Source: a virus
Direction: 5' to 3' (one strand)
DNA length: 64,000 nt
Virus record (IMG/VR): IMGVR_UViG_3300021178_000001
Location: 1 to 64,000 of that record
A program made the position numbers and the translations under genes. Each line of letters starts with the position of its first letter. The first letter of the stretch is position 1. Below the pieces are notes generated by a model that saw nothing but the letters and a program-made list of their open reading frames with translations, was not told where the DNA came from and searched no databases. Positions 28,353 to 39,300 of this stretch are shown here, one piece after another.

Positions 28353-28737
28353 CCCATTCGAGAGCTTGAAGTATCGGGGATACTGCTGGGCTTTCACGGA
28401 ACCGGGAGAAAGGTACACTCTCGAAGAGTTCATCAACTTCGCCAAGTTCTTCTTGTGCAAGCAAACGAAGACGCTGTGGAAGGATCCGATTTGGGACCGC
28501 TACACGGACGAAGAGATTTTAGTGGAGTACTTCGCGCATTTGTTCTCGATGGACAAGAACGCTAAACTGGATTTTGAGGTCTACGCTTTTTCGGGTTCAG
28601 ACGTGTACGGTGAGGATATTTACAGTTGGTTGGATCGTAAGATAGAAGAGAATCAAGCCGAAACTGCTAAGAAAATGGAAGAGATGCCCGACAAGGTGTC
28701 GTTTTCACCAGAAAAGAACAGAGATCGAGAGGAATAA
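28324..28737 (+). CDS. Second tail assembly chaperone-like ORF
   Basis: Overlaps the previous ORF by 29 nt in the +1 frame and ends 3 nt before the tape measure gene. Confidence 0.55.
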   Translation: MTKPKKKEPDPFESLKYRGYCWAFTEPGERYTLEEFINFAKFFLCKQTKTLWKDPIWDRYTDEEILVEYFAHLFSMDKNAKLDFEVYAFSGSDVYGEDIYSWLDRKIEENQAETAKKMEEMPDKVSFSPEKNRDREE

Positions 28738-28740
28738 CCA

Positions 28741-30684
28741 GTGTCAGCTTCACTCCGAATATCGGCCAACACCAGCGAGGTAAAAAAATCTCTTTTAGAT
28801 CTTTCTCGCGACGTCAAGTCTTTGGGCAAGACTAAGATTTCTATCTTCTCGGAAAGCGACCGCAAGTTCGTTAAGGAAGAGCTCAACAAAGAACTCTCGG
28901 TGATGAAGACTAAACTCGTGGAGAATCGTACCGAAATCGGTAAGATGGTGGTCGAACAGACCAAACTAGAAAAGGGTTCCAAAGAGGAACTAGAACATCG
29001 CAAGAAAATCATCGACGCTTACCGCACTCAGACTAAACTAGCGAGTCAAGCCAACCAAATTGAGAAGCAGTCGAAGTCCATGGGTGGGTTCGGCGGCATC
29101 GGCGGAGCCAGCGCGACTTCTGGATTGCCGGGAATGTTAGCCAAAGTTGGGTCTCTCTTAGGTGGAGCCGCCGTAGCGATCGGAGCTTTGGCTCTGATGA
29201 AGGGCATGCAAGCCTCCAGTCAGTTCGCCGAAGGTGCCGGCAACCGTGTCAGACTTCGCGGCCTCGGCATGCAGTCTATGAACGTCGGGAGTCCGAGAGA
29301 ACTCGCCGAAGCCGGAATGACCGAACAAGACTTCATTCGTCGTCAGACTAGCGCTGTCTCGCGTTTGGGACGAGCGGGCGGCTCGACCCAGTCCATCATG
29401 CAGCAAGCTAAGTTCGAGCGCTCTTTCGGCCTCGAAGAAGGTTCGATGATGAACGTCTCGGGAGCTCTGAGAGGTCAGATGGGCGGCAAGGGAGCCGACC
29501 AAGCTCAGATGAAGCTTCAAGCTTCGGTGTTCGCTTCCGGCATCGAGGAAGCCATCGGTCCTTACCTAGAGTCCGCTACAGAACTTTTGTCCGAGATCAA
29601 CAAGAACGGACTCACCAACACCGACGAGATGATCAACGTGATGTCTCAGCTGGTGAAGGACGGAAAACAAACTCCCGAGCAAATAGCCGAGTCGTTCAAG
29701 TCGCTCGACTCAGCCGTCAAGAACGCCAGCGGCGAGTCAAACGCATTCTTACAAACCGCGTTCGCTCGCGGCGGAATCGGAGGCGGCAAAATCGGAGCCA
29801 CACGTCTGGCAATGTCTTCGGGCGGAGTTTTCGGGTTGAACGAAGACGAACTCGCCAAGCGCGGCTACAACCCCGACTTGATTCAGAACATGAAGGGCGC
29901 CGGATTCACTCAAGGATTGCAGAACCGATCGGGTTCTATACTCAACCAGTTCAAGCAGTCCGCCGGAATGGGCAAGGGACAAAAGATCGGCGACGTGACC
30001 GACTTGAACACAATGGTCGGTCTCAGTCAGATGTCTAACTCAGTTCTAGGAACTCAAGGAATGGAAGGCTTCGACACTCTCCGAATGATGGAGCAAGTTC
30101 AGAACAAGCAGATGACTCAAAAGCAGTTCGACCAAAAAGTCAAGGACATGCGTGAGGGCAAGGACCCACAGATCGAAAGGTTGAACAAGATCAACGCTTC
30201 GCTCGAGGGTCAAACCGAGATCTTGCGCACGATCAACACAAACTTGATGGAGAACTTGGGCAAAACTGCTGTTAAAGCCGGCAACGTCGTCGTGGACGCC
30301 GACAACGTACTAACTGGAGGCATAGGAGAAGTAGCCAAAGCCGTGGACAACCCAGACACTCAGATCTCGGCGATGAAGGGCATCAAGAAGCTCAACCGAT
30401 CTTTCTTGAAGTCTCGCGTCGGAGAAGATCCGGGCGGCGACTTCGACGAGTTCATGCAGGACCAAGAAGACCAAAAAATGCTCAAGCAAGGCAACATGCC
30501 GACGTCGGAGACGGACAAGGCGGTGCCCAGCACCAACAATCCAGAAGACTTGGCCAAAGCCGTCGAGACTGGAATGACCAAGGCGCTGCAAGCTCAAAAA
30601 ACTCCAGTGATTCAGAACAACAACAAGACCAACGTGCGGGTGCAGAGCTCGGACGGATACGTCAGCGACAAGACCCACAAGTGA
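28741..30684 (+). CDS. Tape measure protein
   Basis: Helical and G/A/M/Q-rich with an N-terminal coiled coil; synteny. Confidence 0.75.
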   Translation: MSASLRISANTSEVKKSLLDLSRDVKSLGKTKISIFSESDRKFVKEELNKELSVMKTKLVENRTEIGKMVVEQTKLEKGSKEELEHRKKIIDAYRTQTKLASQANQIEKQSKSMGGFGGIGGASATSGLPGMLAKVGSLLGGAAVAIGALALMKGMQASSQFAEGAGNRVRLRGLGMQSMNVGSPRELAEAGMTEQDFIRRQTSAVSRLGRAGGSTQSIMQQAKFERSFGLEEGSMMNVSGALRGQMGGKGADQAQMKLQASVFASGIEEAIGPYLESATELLSEINKNGLTNTDEMINVMSQLVKDGKQTPEQIAESFKSLDSAVKNASGESNAFLQTAFARGGIGGGKIGATRLAMSSGGVFGLNEDELAKRGYNPDLIQNMKGAGFTQGLQNRSGSILNQFKQSAGMGKGQKIGDVTDLNTMVGLSQMSNSVLGTQGMEGFDTLRMMEQVQNKQMTQKQFDQKVKDMREGKDPQIERLNKINASLEGQTEILRTINTNLMENLGKTAVKAGNVVVDADNVLTGGIGEVAKAVDNPDTQISAMKGIKKLNRSFLKSRVGEDPGGDFDEFMQDQEDQKMLKQGNMPTSETDKAVPSTNNPEDLAKAVETGMTKALQAQKTPVIQNNNKTNVRVQSSDGYVSDKTHK

Positions 30685-30692
30685 GGTGACCG

Positions 30693-32345
30693 ATGGCTAC
30701 ACCGTTGTCGTTCTTATTGCCCGGTACCACAATCCCCTCGGCTCCCACGCTGAGCAACGACACTCAAGACATCGTCTCGCAGTGTAAGGTAGTTATTTAC
30801 GACTGGACTACTCGAGGCTTGACCTTGAACTCCGGCCGCGACTCAGACTTGACCAAGACCTCGGCGCTCGACGTCAGTTCTCAGATCTTGTCCTTCAATT
30901 ATTCGAAGTCGATGGGCGGACCGACGGGAACGTTCAGTTTCACTTTAAGCAACTCTCCAGACTATGGCTCGGGCGACTGGAAGGACATCATAAAGCGCGG
31001 CACTTGGTGCGTGATCTACATGTCCCGTGAGGGTGAGTTAGTCCTCAATCCGAAAGTTGGAGTTCCCGACCCCAACTCAAAGAAGCTTCAAGAAGCCAAG
31101 AAGATTAGATGCATAGGATTCATAGACCGCGTGGCCGTCAAGGCCGAGATGAGCGAGCGCGGAGCCTTCGACGTCACTTACGAAGTGAGCGGGCGCGACT
31201 TCGGAGTCGTGTACGAGGACACTTCCATCTGGCACAACGTGTTTCGCTTCGAGCGAATCATGCTCGACGCCATCGCCACCTCGCAGCTGAACATCACTGG
31301 AACTGTCACGGTGGACAAAGCCGTTTCCTTGATCCACGACTTGTTCTTCAACCCAAAGTCGGTTCCTGGCGCCAAGGTGAACTCCGAGCACTCTTTGGTG
31401 TCGACCGCGCTTCAGTGGCTGATGCCGAGGCAGATGCTGAACGACATCGGCCTCAACGTCGGAACTTCTCCGTTTTGGGGCGAGATTCCGCACGTGAAGA
31501 ACTTCTCCAAGACCGAGGCCAACTTAGCCATAGAGAAGCCGACCGACTATTTGTCCGGCAACGCTTGGGAAATGCTGAAGAAGCTCTCGGTTCCCCAGTT
31601 CCACGAATTGTTCACCGAGACCGACGACTCAACGGGACTTCCGAGTCTGACATTCAGGCCCATTCCTTGGGCTTTGAACAAGGCGAAGTATCCCACGGTC
31701 GGAAAGCGAATCAAGCTGTACAAAGACTTGCCTACGGTAACTTTAAGCGCCATAGACGTCGTGGACTTTCACTTGGGCGAGGACAACCACGCGAGGTACA
31801 ACTCGTTCTTGGCTACGGTCTCGACTTCTTTGATCAACGTCGAGGACAACATATCTTTGCTCGACGGGTCTGGGTTTCCCAAGAACGTTCAGGACTCGAT
31901 CAAGAGGTACGGTTTCCGTCCCATGCACGTCACCGTAGACGCGATCGTGAAGAACGCGGAGAAGTCGAACGGTAAGTCTAACTCCAAGATCTTGATCGAG
32001 TTCAACGAAGTGCTTTACGACTACTGGAACAACGCCGTGTTCGCCGAGTCGGGCGAGATCTCGGCGGTCGGTCAAAACGCAGTCAAGATAGGCAAGTGTC
32101 TGGTGTTCGACGAGAAGACTCCCTACGCGTTCGGCAAAAGGTACTACATCGAGGGGTACACTGATTCGTACTCGGTCGACGAAAAGGGCGCGGGTTACTG
32201 GGGTCAAACTATCTCCGTGACTCGCGGGTTCCAAGAGTCTTCTTTGGCTTCGGGCACCGACTTCGGCGAACGGGACGACGCCTTCACCCACGAGGGAGAG
32301 TTTACTCCCTCGGGAATGGCTTCCGGAAAGCAGAATAAAAAATGA
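30693..32345 (+). CDS. Baseplate hub protein
   Basis: GTFSFTL, GFIDRV, VSGRDFG, ELF...RPIP, KRYG and YYIEG..TRG pattern; follows the tape measure. Confidence 0.7.
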   Translation: MATPLSFLLPGTTIPSAPTLSNDTQDIVSQCKVVIYDWTTRGLTLNSGRDSDLTKTSALDVSSQILSFNYSKSMGGPTGTFSFTLSNSPDYGSGDWKDIIKRGTWCVIYMSREGELVLNPKVGVPDPNSKKLQEAKKIRCIGFIDRVAVKAEMSERGAFDVTYEVSGRDFGVVYEDTSIWHNVFRFERIMLDAIATSQLNITGTVTVDKAVSLIHDLFFNPKSVPGAKVNSEHSLVSTALQWLMPRQMLNDIGLNVGTSPFWGEIPHVKNFSKTEANLAIEKPTDYLSGNAWEMLKKLSVPQFHELFTETDDSTGLPSLTFRPIPWALNKAKYPTVGKRIKLYKDLPTVTLSAIDVVDFHLGEDNHARYNSFLATVSTSLINVEDNISLLDGSGFPKNVQDSIKRYGFRPMHVTVDAIVKNAEKSNGKSNSKILIEFNEVLYDYWNNAVFAESGEISAVGQNAVKIGKCLVFDEKTPYAFGKRYYIEGYTDSYSVDEKGAGYWGQTISVTRGFQESSLASGTDFGERDDAFTHEGEFTPSGMASGKQNKK

Positions 32346-33544
32346 GAATCCGAAGAGACGGCTCGACTCAGTCCAACAACGTTCCTACTCCCTCCAACTC
32401 CAGTCGGTCGGACGACTTCGCTCTGTATCGCTGCGTCGTGACGAGAGTCGTTTACGTGGACAACGCGGCCAACGTCACCACGAACTCCTCGAACCCGAGG
32501 ATCTTGTACGACGTCGTCGTGTTGGGAGGATTCAAGTCCGGTCAAATCTTGTCCAACTGCAGGCTGGCGTCCGACCTGGGTGGAGAGTCAGGCTTTTACG
32601 AGAGAGTGCTGAGAGCTTGCACCAACGAACTGAGCACGACGAGGCTCAGCGACGCCGACGGAGACGTCGTTTTTGTGCAGTTCGTGCAGGGTCACAGTGC
32701 TTATCCGGTTATCATAGGGCTCGACAACGGTATCCACACGGTCACTTTAATCGGGGCTAACTTGGCGGATGGGCCAAGATTGTTGAGAGAATACAACGGC
32801 GTTCGCGAGACGATCAACAATTTCGGAGAGTGGAAGCAAGAAGTTAAGTCAGGCTCCGCGAACCCCGAAAAGGGGGCGTTTTTCGCCGCGGCAGTTCCGT
32901 TGGTCACTACTTTCATTTCGAAGGACGAGAAGGTCACTAGGACGTTCAAGAGCGGTCTAACGATAACAGAAGAAGGTCCAGCGGACAAAGTGACCAGCGC
33001 TTTTAAGACTGGCTTGCTCGAAGTCAGCGACGGACTCAACGACAGAGTAACGGCGACGTTCAAGAACGGCTTGAACATAGTCGAAGACGGAGTCGCGGAC
33101 AAGATCACGGCAACCTTCAAGAACGGTCTAACGGTCACGCAAGACGGAGCTGCGGACAAAGTCACGATGTCTTTTTCCCACGGCCTACAAGTCGTGGAGG
33201 ACGGCTCGGCCGACAAAGTCACGGTGACGACGGCTGGAGGAGCCACAGTAACGATCGACGGAGCGGGAGACAACATCAAGCTGAAAACCGCGGGAGGAGC
33301 CGAGCTTAACTTGAGTACCGGTAAAGTTGCGTTGGGACAAGGATCGGTTGAGATCTTGGACAAGCTTTCCAAGGTAGCGGATCTGATATCTCAGTGGGCC
33401 ACGACTGTGGGAGCGGTGCACACGCACCTCGGTAACCTCGGCTACCCTTCTGATATTCCAGACAATTTTCTAGGTTACCTGCAACTTGGCTCGGACGAAG
33501 CCGCTCAAAAAGCCTTAGTTGACTCTATCAAGGGAACTCTGTAA
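32342..33544 (+). CDS. Central baseplate spike (OB fold plus beta-helix)
   Basis: GDVVFVQFV.G...PVIIG OB-fold motif; about seven 19-aa repeats (ADKVT.TFK.GL.+.EDG); C-terminal HTH (HxH) metal motif. Confidence 0.8.
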   Translation: MRIRRDGSTQSNNVPTPSNSSRSDDFALYRCVVTRVVYVDNAANVTTNSSNPRILYDVVVLGGFKSGQILSNCRLASDLGGESGFYERVLRACTNELSTTRLSDADGDVVFVQFVQGHSAYPVIIGLDNGIHTVTLIGANLADGPRLLREYNGVRETINNFGEWKQEVKSGSANPEKGAFFAAAVPLVTTFISKDEKVTRTFKSGLTITEEGPADKVTSAFKTGLLEVSDGLNDRVTATFKNGLNIVEDGVADKITATFKNGLTVTQDGAADKVTMSFSHGLQVVEDGSADKVTVTTAGGATVTIDGAGDNIKLKTAGGAELNLSTGKVALGQGSVEILDKLSKVADLISQWATTVGAVHTHLGNLGYPSDIPDNFLGYLQLGSDEAAQKALVDSIKGTL

Positions 33545-34185
33545 TGTCGATGAGCGGACCCGCTTTAGGAGACTTCGTTCGCTCCTCGATGGGCTTTCCC
33601 TTGCCTTTGTCCACTCAGCTCAACGGTTGGGGAACCGCCGTCGTTACCCACATTCAAACTTCGGCGATAGTCACTCACGCTCCTGGAACCGTCACTGGAA
33701 CTGCCCCGCCGAACGGAGGCGCTCTTTCTAACGGAGCCGCGGACAACGGCACGATTTCGGGACTCAGCGGCTCAGTGCTAGCCAGTTTAGTGGCTTCGGA
33801 CGCCGGATACGGCTACGTCACAGGTCGGTTGCAGACCTTTTGTGACGACATCGTGGCCCACATTCAGACTTACGGAAGAGTTCAGTTCGCGACCGGAAAC
33901 ATCGTTGGAAGTTGCTCGAACACTACGGGAACTGACGGAACCTTGACTGGAACCGGCCACGACGGGTTCGTCAAGAACTTGAACGGGTCGATATTGGCTA
34001 GCACCATTCACGCGGACGTGGGGTACCCAGGGTCGGTTTCAGGTCGCTTGAACGAGTTCTGCACGGCTTTCGTCACGTACATCATGGCCAACGCGGTCGT
34101 AACTCACACTAACGTAACGGCTATTTGTCCCGCGGGCGGCGGAGACATCATCGATGGGCAAGCTACCAATGGTACCGTAGCGTAG
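33544..34185 (+). CDS. Spike-associated protein with three internal repeats
   Basis: Repeats begin MSGPAL, LSGSVL and LNGSIL and end THIQT, AHIQT and TYIMA. Confidence 0.6.
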   Translation: MSMSGPALGDFVRSSMGFPLPLSTQLNGWGTAVVTHIQTSAIVTHAPGTVTGTAPPNGGALSNGAADNGTISGLSGSVLASLVASDAGYGYVTGRLQTFCDDIVAHIQTYGRVQFATGNIVGSCSNTTGTDGTLTGTGHDGFVKNLNGSILASTIHADVGYPGSVSGRLNEFCTAFVTYIMANAVVTHTNVTAICPAGGGDIIDGQATNGTVA

Positions 34186-34224
34186 ACTTGATAAAATTAA
34201 AGGCAAGGTCGGGAGCGTTCAATC

Positions 34225-36309
34225 GTGGCTGATTCAGTAAGTCCCTTAAATCAACTGGTAGACAACATCTCTGGCTCGGTCCTGAATTTACTGGGACTGA
34301 GCAACGATTCCTACCCCAAGCAAGCCAACTCCAAGGAAGTCATGGCCGTGCTGAGTACGGTCGACGGTTCTAACTGGCTGAAACTCAGTTTTCCCTACAC
34401 TTTCTCGGTGGTGAACATCGGCGGCACGGGAAATAACCCCTTCACCGACTTTTCTTTGCCCCTCGCTCCCACTTCTTTGAAACAGACCGAAGAGTTCGCC
34501 ATCTCGATTCGCCCGACTCAGGGCGGCACGACGACCACTCACTCTGGAAATAGATACAAAACCTTAAATATAAAGGGGACTACTGGAGTGGCTCCTTTTA
34601 AGGGATCCGGAGGCGCGAGAGCCAAGACGGGCGTCGCCATATTCCAGCCGAAACAGCTCAAGTACCTCTCGGGGTACGAGGTGTTCATTCGACTGCGCAA
34701 CTGGTTCCGGGCGTACTACGAGTACAAGAAGACACAAGGGAAGCACGCCGTAGGTCTTCGTCTGGTGTTCAAGAACTACAAGGACGGAGAGTTTCTCATA
34801 GTCGAGTTGGTCAAGTTCGACATGGAGCGCCAAGGTTCGAGGTCGTTTCTTTACGACTACGACCTCGAGTTCAAGGTGATCTCGCACTTGTCCTTCACGG
34901 CGCTGAACAACCGCACCACGGGTTTCGAGGAAGCTCTGGAGACCGTGAACGACGTTCTAGACACTTCCCGCGGCGTGATGCTGCGCTCGCAAGACATCCT
35001 TCGTCAAGTTGAGTCCACGTACGAGTCGATCGTGGTCGAGCCGCTCCGCAAGATCTCCTTGACCGTCAAGGCGGCCATCGGTGTGGTTACCGTAGCCGGA
35101 GACATGGGCAACAAGGCGATCAAGAACACCGTCTCGTCTTTCTCGGCTCTGACCATACTCTTGGGACTCAAAGCTCAGCAAGACGCGAACAAAGTGACGG
35201 GTGGACTCGACCACAGAATAGCGGCCGTCGTGCTGCCCAAAGACTTGACCAACGCGGCCAAGACTCAGGGCGCCAACTCGATCATCAACTTGAACGAAGC
35301 GCTGATGGCGATGGACCCTTCCGTGTTCCCGGAACAAACCAGAAACGCCCTCGCGCTGGACCAATCCGCTTCTCAAAAGTTGCCAAAGTCTTTTTACTCC
35401 AACACTCTGACCGGGTTAATTCGAGTCAAGAACAACTTGGAAGACTTCTTGAACTTGGGGTCTCCTCAGTACGACTCCATATTCGAGCGCACCGCCACGC
35501 TCAAGGCGTCTTTCACGAAGGTCCCCACTTCCGCAGAACTCGACTTGTTGGCGGCCTTCAACGACGCCATTTCGGCGCTCCAACTTCTTCTTTCGACCGA
35601 GTCTTTGTTCAAATCGAGCTACGACGCTAGGATAGCCGACATGATCTCTCGGTTCAACGGCAACATCGAGCTGTTCGCCGAGTCTGCGGTGCTGCAGCAA
35701 AAGTACGTGGCTGGACAAACTTTAGAGAGAATAGCTCAGCAAGAACTCGGCGACTCCACTAGGTGGGGGGAACTGGTCGAAGTGAACGGTCTAAAAGCTC
35801 CCTACGTGACCGACGACAAGTCCTCGACCTTAGAAGGAGTACTGAGACCCGGAGACACCTTCTTGATTCCGACCGCCGCGGTCAGCGGCTTCAGTCAAGT
35901 TCCTTCGGCCAAGGACATCAAGACTACGGTCGGATTGTCCGAGTTAGAGAAGTCTCTCGGGACTGACTTGAAGGTTACCAGTAACTTCGACTTGTCTTTG
36001 TCGAACTCGGGCGACTTGGAAGTGGTCTCGGGCGCCCAGAACATGGCTCAAGCCGTGATCCTGAAGCTGTCTTACACCAAGGGCGAGATCATGAGGTATC
36101 CGGAACTCGGCACCGGGTTGATTCCGGGAGTCAAGTTTCCACCGATCGAGACCATCAAAGAAGGGCTGACGAACACGCTGTTGCAAGACAACCGCATCGA
36201 TAATATTTTTGATTTAAGTATAATCAGAGATGGCAGTGCGGCGTACATATCCTTCAACTTAAAGATCAAGTCGATCGACATTCCCGTACCGATCAAGATT
36301 CCGCTGTAA
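34225..36309 (+). CDS. Baseplate protein: tube-initiator-like N-terminus, LysM-like segment and gp25-like C-terminus
   Basis: GQTLERIAQQELGD..RW.EL...NGL (LysM/tail-X-like); DL..VSG..N+.QA+..KL...GE+..YPE.G and LLQDNRI (gp25/W-like). Confidence 0.7.
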   Translation: MADSVSPLNQLVDNISGSVLNLLGLSNDSYPKQANSKEVMAVLSTVDGSNWLKLSFPYTFSVVNIGGTGNNPFTDFSLPLAPTSLKQTEEFAISIRPTQGGTTTTHSGNRYKTLNIKGTTGVAPFKGSGGARAKTGVAIFQPKQLKYLSGYEVFIRLRNWFRAYYEYKKTQGKHAVGLRLVFKNYKDGEFLIVELVKFDMERQGSRSFLYDYDLEFKVISHLSFTALNNRTTGFEEALETVNDVLDTSRGVMLRSQDILRQVESTYESIVVEPLRKISLTVKAAIGVVTVAGDMGNKAIKNTVSSFSALTILLGLKAQQDANKVTGGLDHRIAAVVLPKDLTNAAKTQGANSIINLNEALMAMDPSVFPEQTRNALALDQSASQKLPKSFYSNTLTGLIRVKNNLEDFLNLGSPQYDSIFERTATLKASFTKVPTSAELDLLAAFNDAISALQLLLSTESLFKSSYDARIADMISRFNGNIELFAESAVLQQKYVAGQTLERIAQQELGDSTRWGELVEVNGLKAPYVTDDKSSTLEGVLRPGDTFLIPTAAVSGFSQVPSAKDIKTTVGLSELEKSLGTDLKVTSNFDLSLSNSGDLEVVSGAQNMAQAVILKLSYTKGEIMRYPELGTGLIPGVKFPPIETIKEGLTNTLLQDNRIDNIFDLSIIRDGSAAYISFNLKIKSIDIPVPIKIPL

Positions 36310-36326
36310 ATCAGAGAAAGCTATAA

Positions 36327-39300
36327 ATGCCAAATCTAGTTTTAAAAAGTGAGCGCCAGATTCAGACCAGCATGCTGGCCGTGCTGATCGCTCAACTCGG
36401 CTTAAACGACATCAATCCGGCGTCCGTCATAGACATCCTCACGCAAGCCGCGGCACAGTCGGACTTCGCCCAGTACTACCAAATTGCGCAAGTCTCGAGG
36501 TTGGCCGACATCGAGTCTTTGTCGGGCACGGACCTCGAGCTCAAGGCTTTCGAGTACGGCATCTTCCGGTTGACGGCTCAAAAAGCCAGTGGATCGATCT
36601 CCATCTTGAGACCGACGGGATTCGTCAAGGTGTCCACGACTTTTTACGCCGGTTTTCCCGCCCCGATCGTGGGCGACTCGACCATCAACGTGAACGATGC
36701 CTCGAACGTGCTGATCGGGTCTTCGGGAACTCTGATTTTGGGTCGCGGCACCAACAACGAGGAGCAAGTCACTTACTCGGTCGCTCCCGTTAATAATATA
36801 AATTACTTCACTTACACTCTCAACGCTCCGGTGACCAAGAACCACTCGACTTCAGAGACAATCATTCTCAGACAAGGAACCGACGAGTTCGTTTTGGCCG
36901 GAACTATAGTCGTGGTTCCAGCTACGGGAACCAGCAACGAGATTCAGTTCGCCACCGTGAACGACGAGACTCTACTAGCTGGCGAAGCCGAAGTGGACAA
37001 CGTGGAAGTCATTGCGGTAGTTCCGGGATCTGACGGAAACATCGCGGCGGGTTCCATATTCGGTACGGCAGCTTTTCCGAGTCCCCCGTTCATCGGAGCT
37101 CGAGCCACCAACGCGGCCAAGTACACTACCGGTCAAGACTTGGAGCAAGACGACGACCTTCGGGACCGCATCAAGAACGCTGTTCAAGCCCTCACCAAGG
37201 GCATCAAGCAAGCCATCCAGACCGCCATCGTGGGTCTCGTAGACCCGATCTCAGCCAAGCGAGTCGTTTCGGCCTCGATCGTTTTACCCATAGCCGACGT
37301 GGACGCCGTGAAGATCTACATAGACGACGGCACGGGTTTTGAGCCTTCCTTCAACTCTCAGGGATTCGAGACCGTCAGAGCCAACTCGACCGGGGGCGAA
37401 CAGCGCCTTCAACTCGACCAATTTCCAGTCGTGAAGGCGCAAGTCGAGAACAACTTGTTTCAACCCTACGACATGTCCTCGGGTCCCTTGACTCTGACTT
37501 ATCAAGTTGGAACGCTGATCGAGACCGTGACTTTCCAGACCTCCGACTTCGACTTCCCGAGCATCGCTCAAGCCGAAGAAGTCGTGGTGGCTATAAATGC
37601 CCGATCGAATCTGATCGAAGCTAGAACTTCCGAAGCGGGACAAAAAATAGTCATCACCGCCAAAGCGGACGTGAACGAGAACATTCAGATTTTGTCCGGG
37701 ACCGCCAACTCGATACTATTCTTTCCGACCGACCGACGCGATACCCTGAACTTGTACATGGACGACGTGAAGCTGTCGAAAGACGGAGCCACGGCGATTC
37801 TGGACTCCGGGAACCAAGCTCCGTACAACTTGCTCGCGATCGGAGCTTACCCTCATTTTTTGACCTTCGTGGTGGACGGAAAGACGGCCAACCCTCAGAC
37901 CGCCACGATCAACTTGGCCGACGTCGCGATTCCCGCAGCCGTCACGGCGATAGAGGTCGCAGCCATGATCAACCGAGACATCTCGGGACTGACCGCTACG
38001 CCGATCAACACGAACACAAAAGTTAGGTTAGAGTCCAACACCAAGCTGACGGCTGCTTCTAAGATTCACGTCACGGGCGGAGACGCCAATAATTCTCTGA
38101 ACGGACTGAACTTTTCCACCACTGAAGTCGCGGGCATCAACGGAGACTACACCTTCAACCGAGAGCTCGGACTCATTCAGCTAGTCGTTCCGATGGGAGT
38201 CAACCAGACTGCGACCTCAGGATCTTTGTTCACCCGAGCCAAGCTGAGAGCCGGCAACTCTGAGGTTTACTCTCCCTCCAACGGACAAACCTTGGTAATC
38301 AGCGTCGACGGCGGGAGCAACCAGACCGTCACCTTCGACGCCTCGTTCGCGGGAGGTCAGACCGCTCAGTACTCCGCCGCCTTCATCAACGCTCGGCTTC
38401 TCGGAGCCACTGCGGTTGTTAGACAAGTCGGGTTCTTGAACTTCCTCGAGATCCGCACCAACACCTTCGACGTGTCGGGCTCGATCGTGATTCGGGGATC
38501 TTCGACGGGTAACTCCACCTTCGCGTTTCCGTTGGACTTAACCAAGACCTCGGACGTTCCGAACAAGGCTTACAAAGTTTCCGAAGACGCGGGACCTTAC
38601 GCCTTCGCCGAAGGTAATTCTCTCGTAGTAGTGATCGACAACGACATCGTCAACAACACTTTCTCGGTTCCATTGATTCAAGTCAGGTCAGTGTCCGGTG
38701 CCACTTCTGGATCAGTCTTCGCGGCTTCGACCCTCAACAACGTGTTCACACTCCAGAACCAAATCGTCGGGTACGCGGCGGCTTTCCAGAACGGTCCCAA
38801 CACGACGTCCGGAACCGTAGTCACCGTTTCGGTCTTGGGCGGCGGAATAGCCAGGTACACTTTCTCGGCGGCTCCTCCCAGCTTCGTGAACTTCGTGGTC
38901 GGCGACTTCGCCAAGCTGACCGGGTTCACGAACGTGGAGAACAACGTAAACGCCATAATAGTCAACAAGGGTGTCAACTACGTGGACGTGGCGAACTCGA
39001 TCGCCATAAACGCCAGTTCTCAAGCTGGGACGGGACTCTTGAGCGAGAAGCGGATCGTCGCGGCTTACAACCAGCTCACGGGTCAAGTCACCGTCGGCGT
39101 CGCCTTCACCAGTACTCCCGGAGTCGGCAACTCTCTGATGGTTATCCCCAGCACCACTCAGAACGTGGTGGACTACTTGAACAACACTCGCATAACTTCG
39201 ATTTCTTTGAAGGCTGACATCGAGGGAGTCTCGAACGACACCTTGGTGCAAATAGCTTCGCAGTCCGAGGGTTCGGACGGCTACGTTCAAGTCACGGGCG

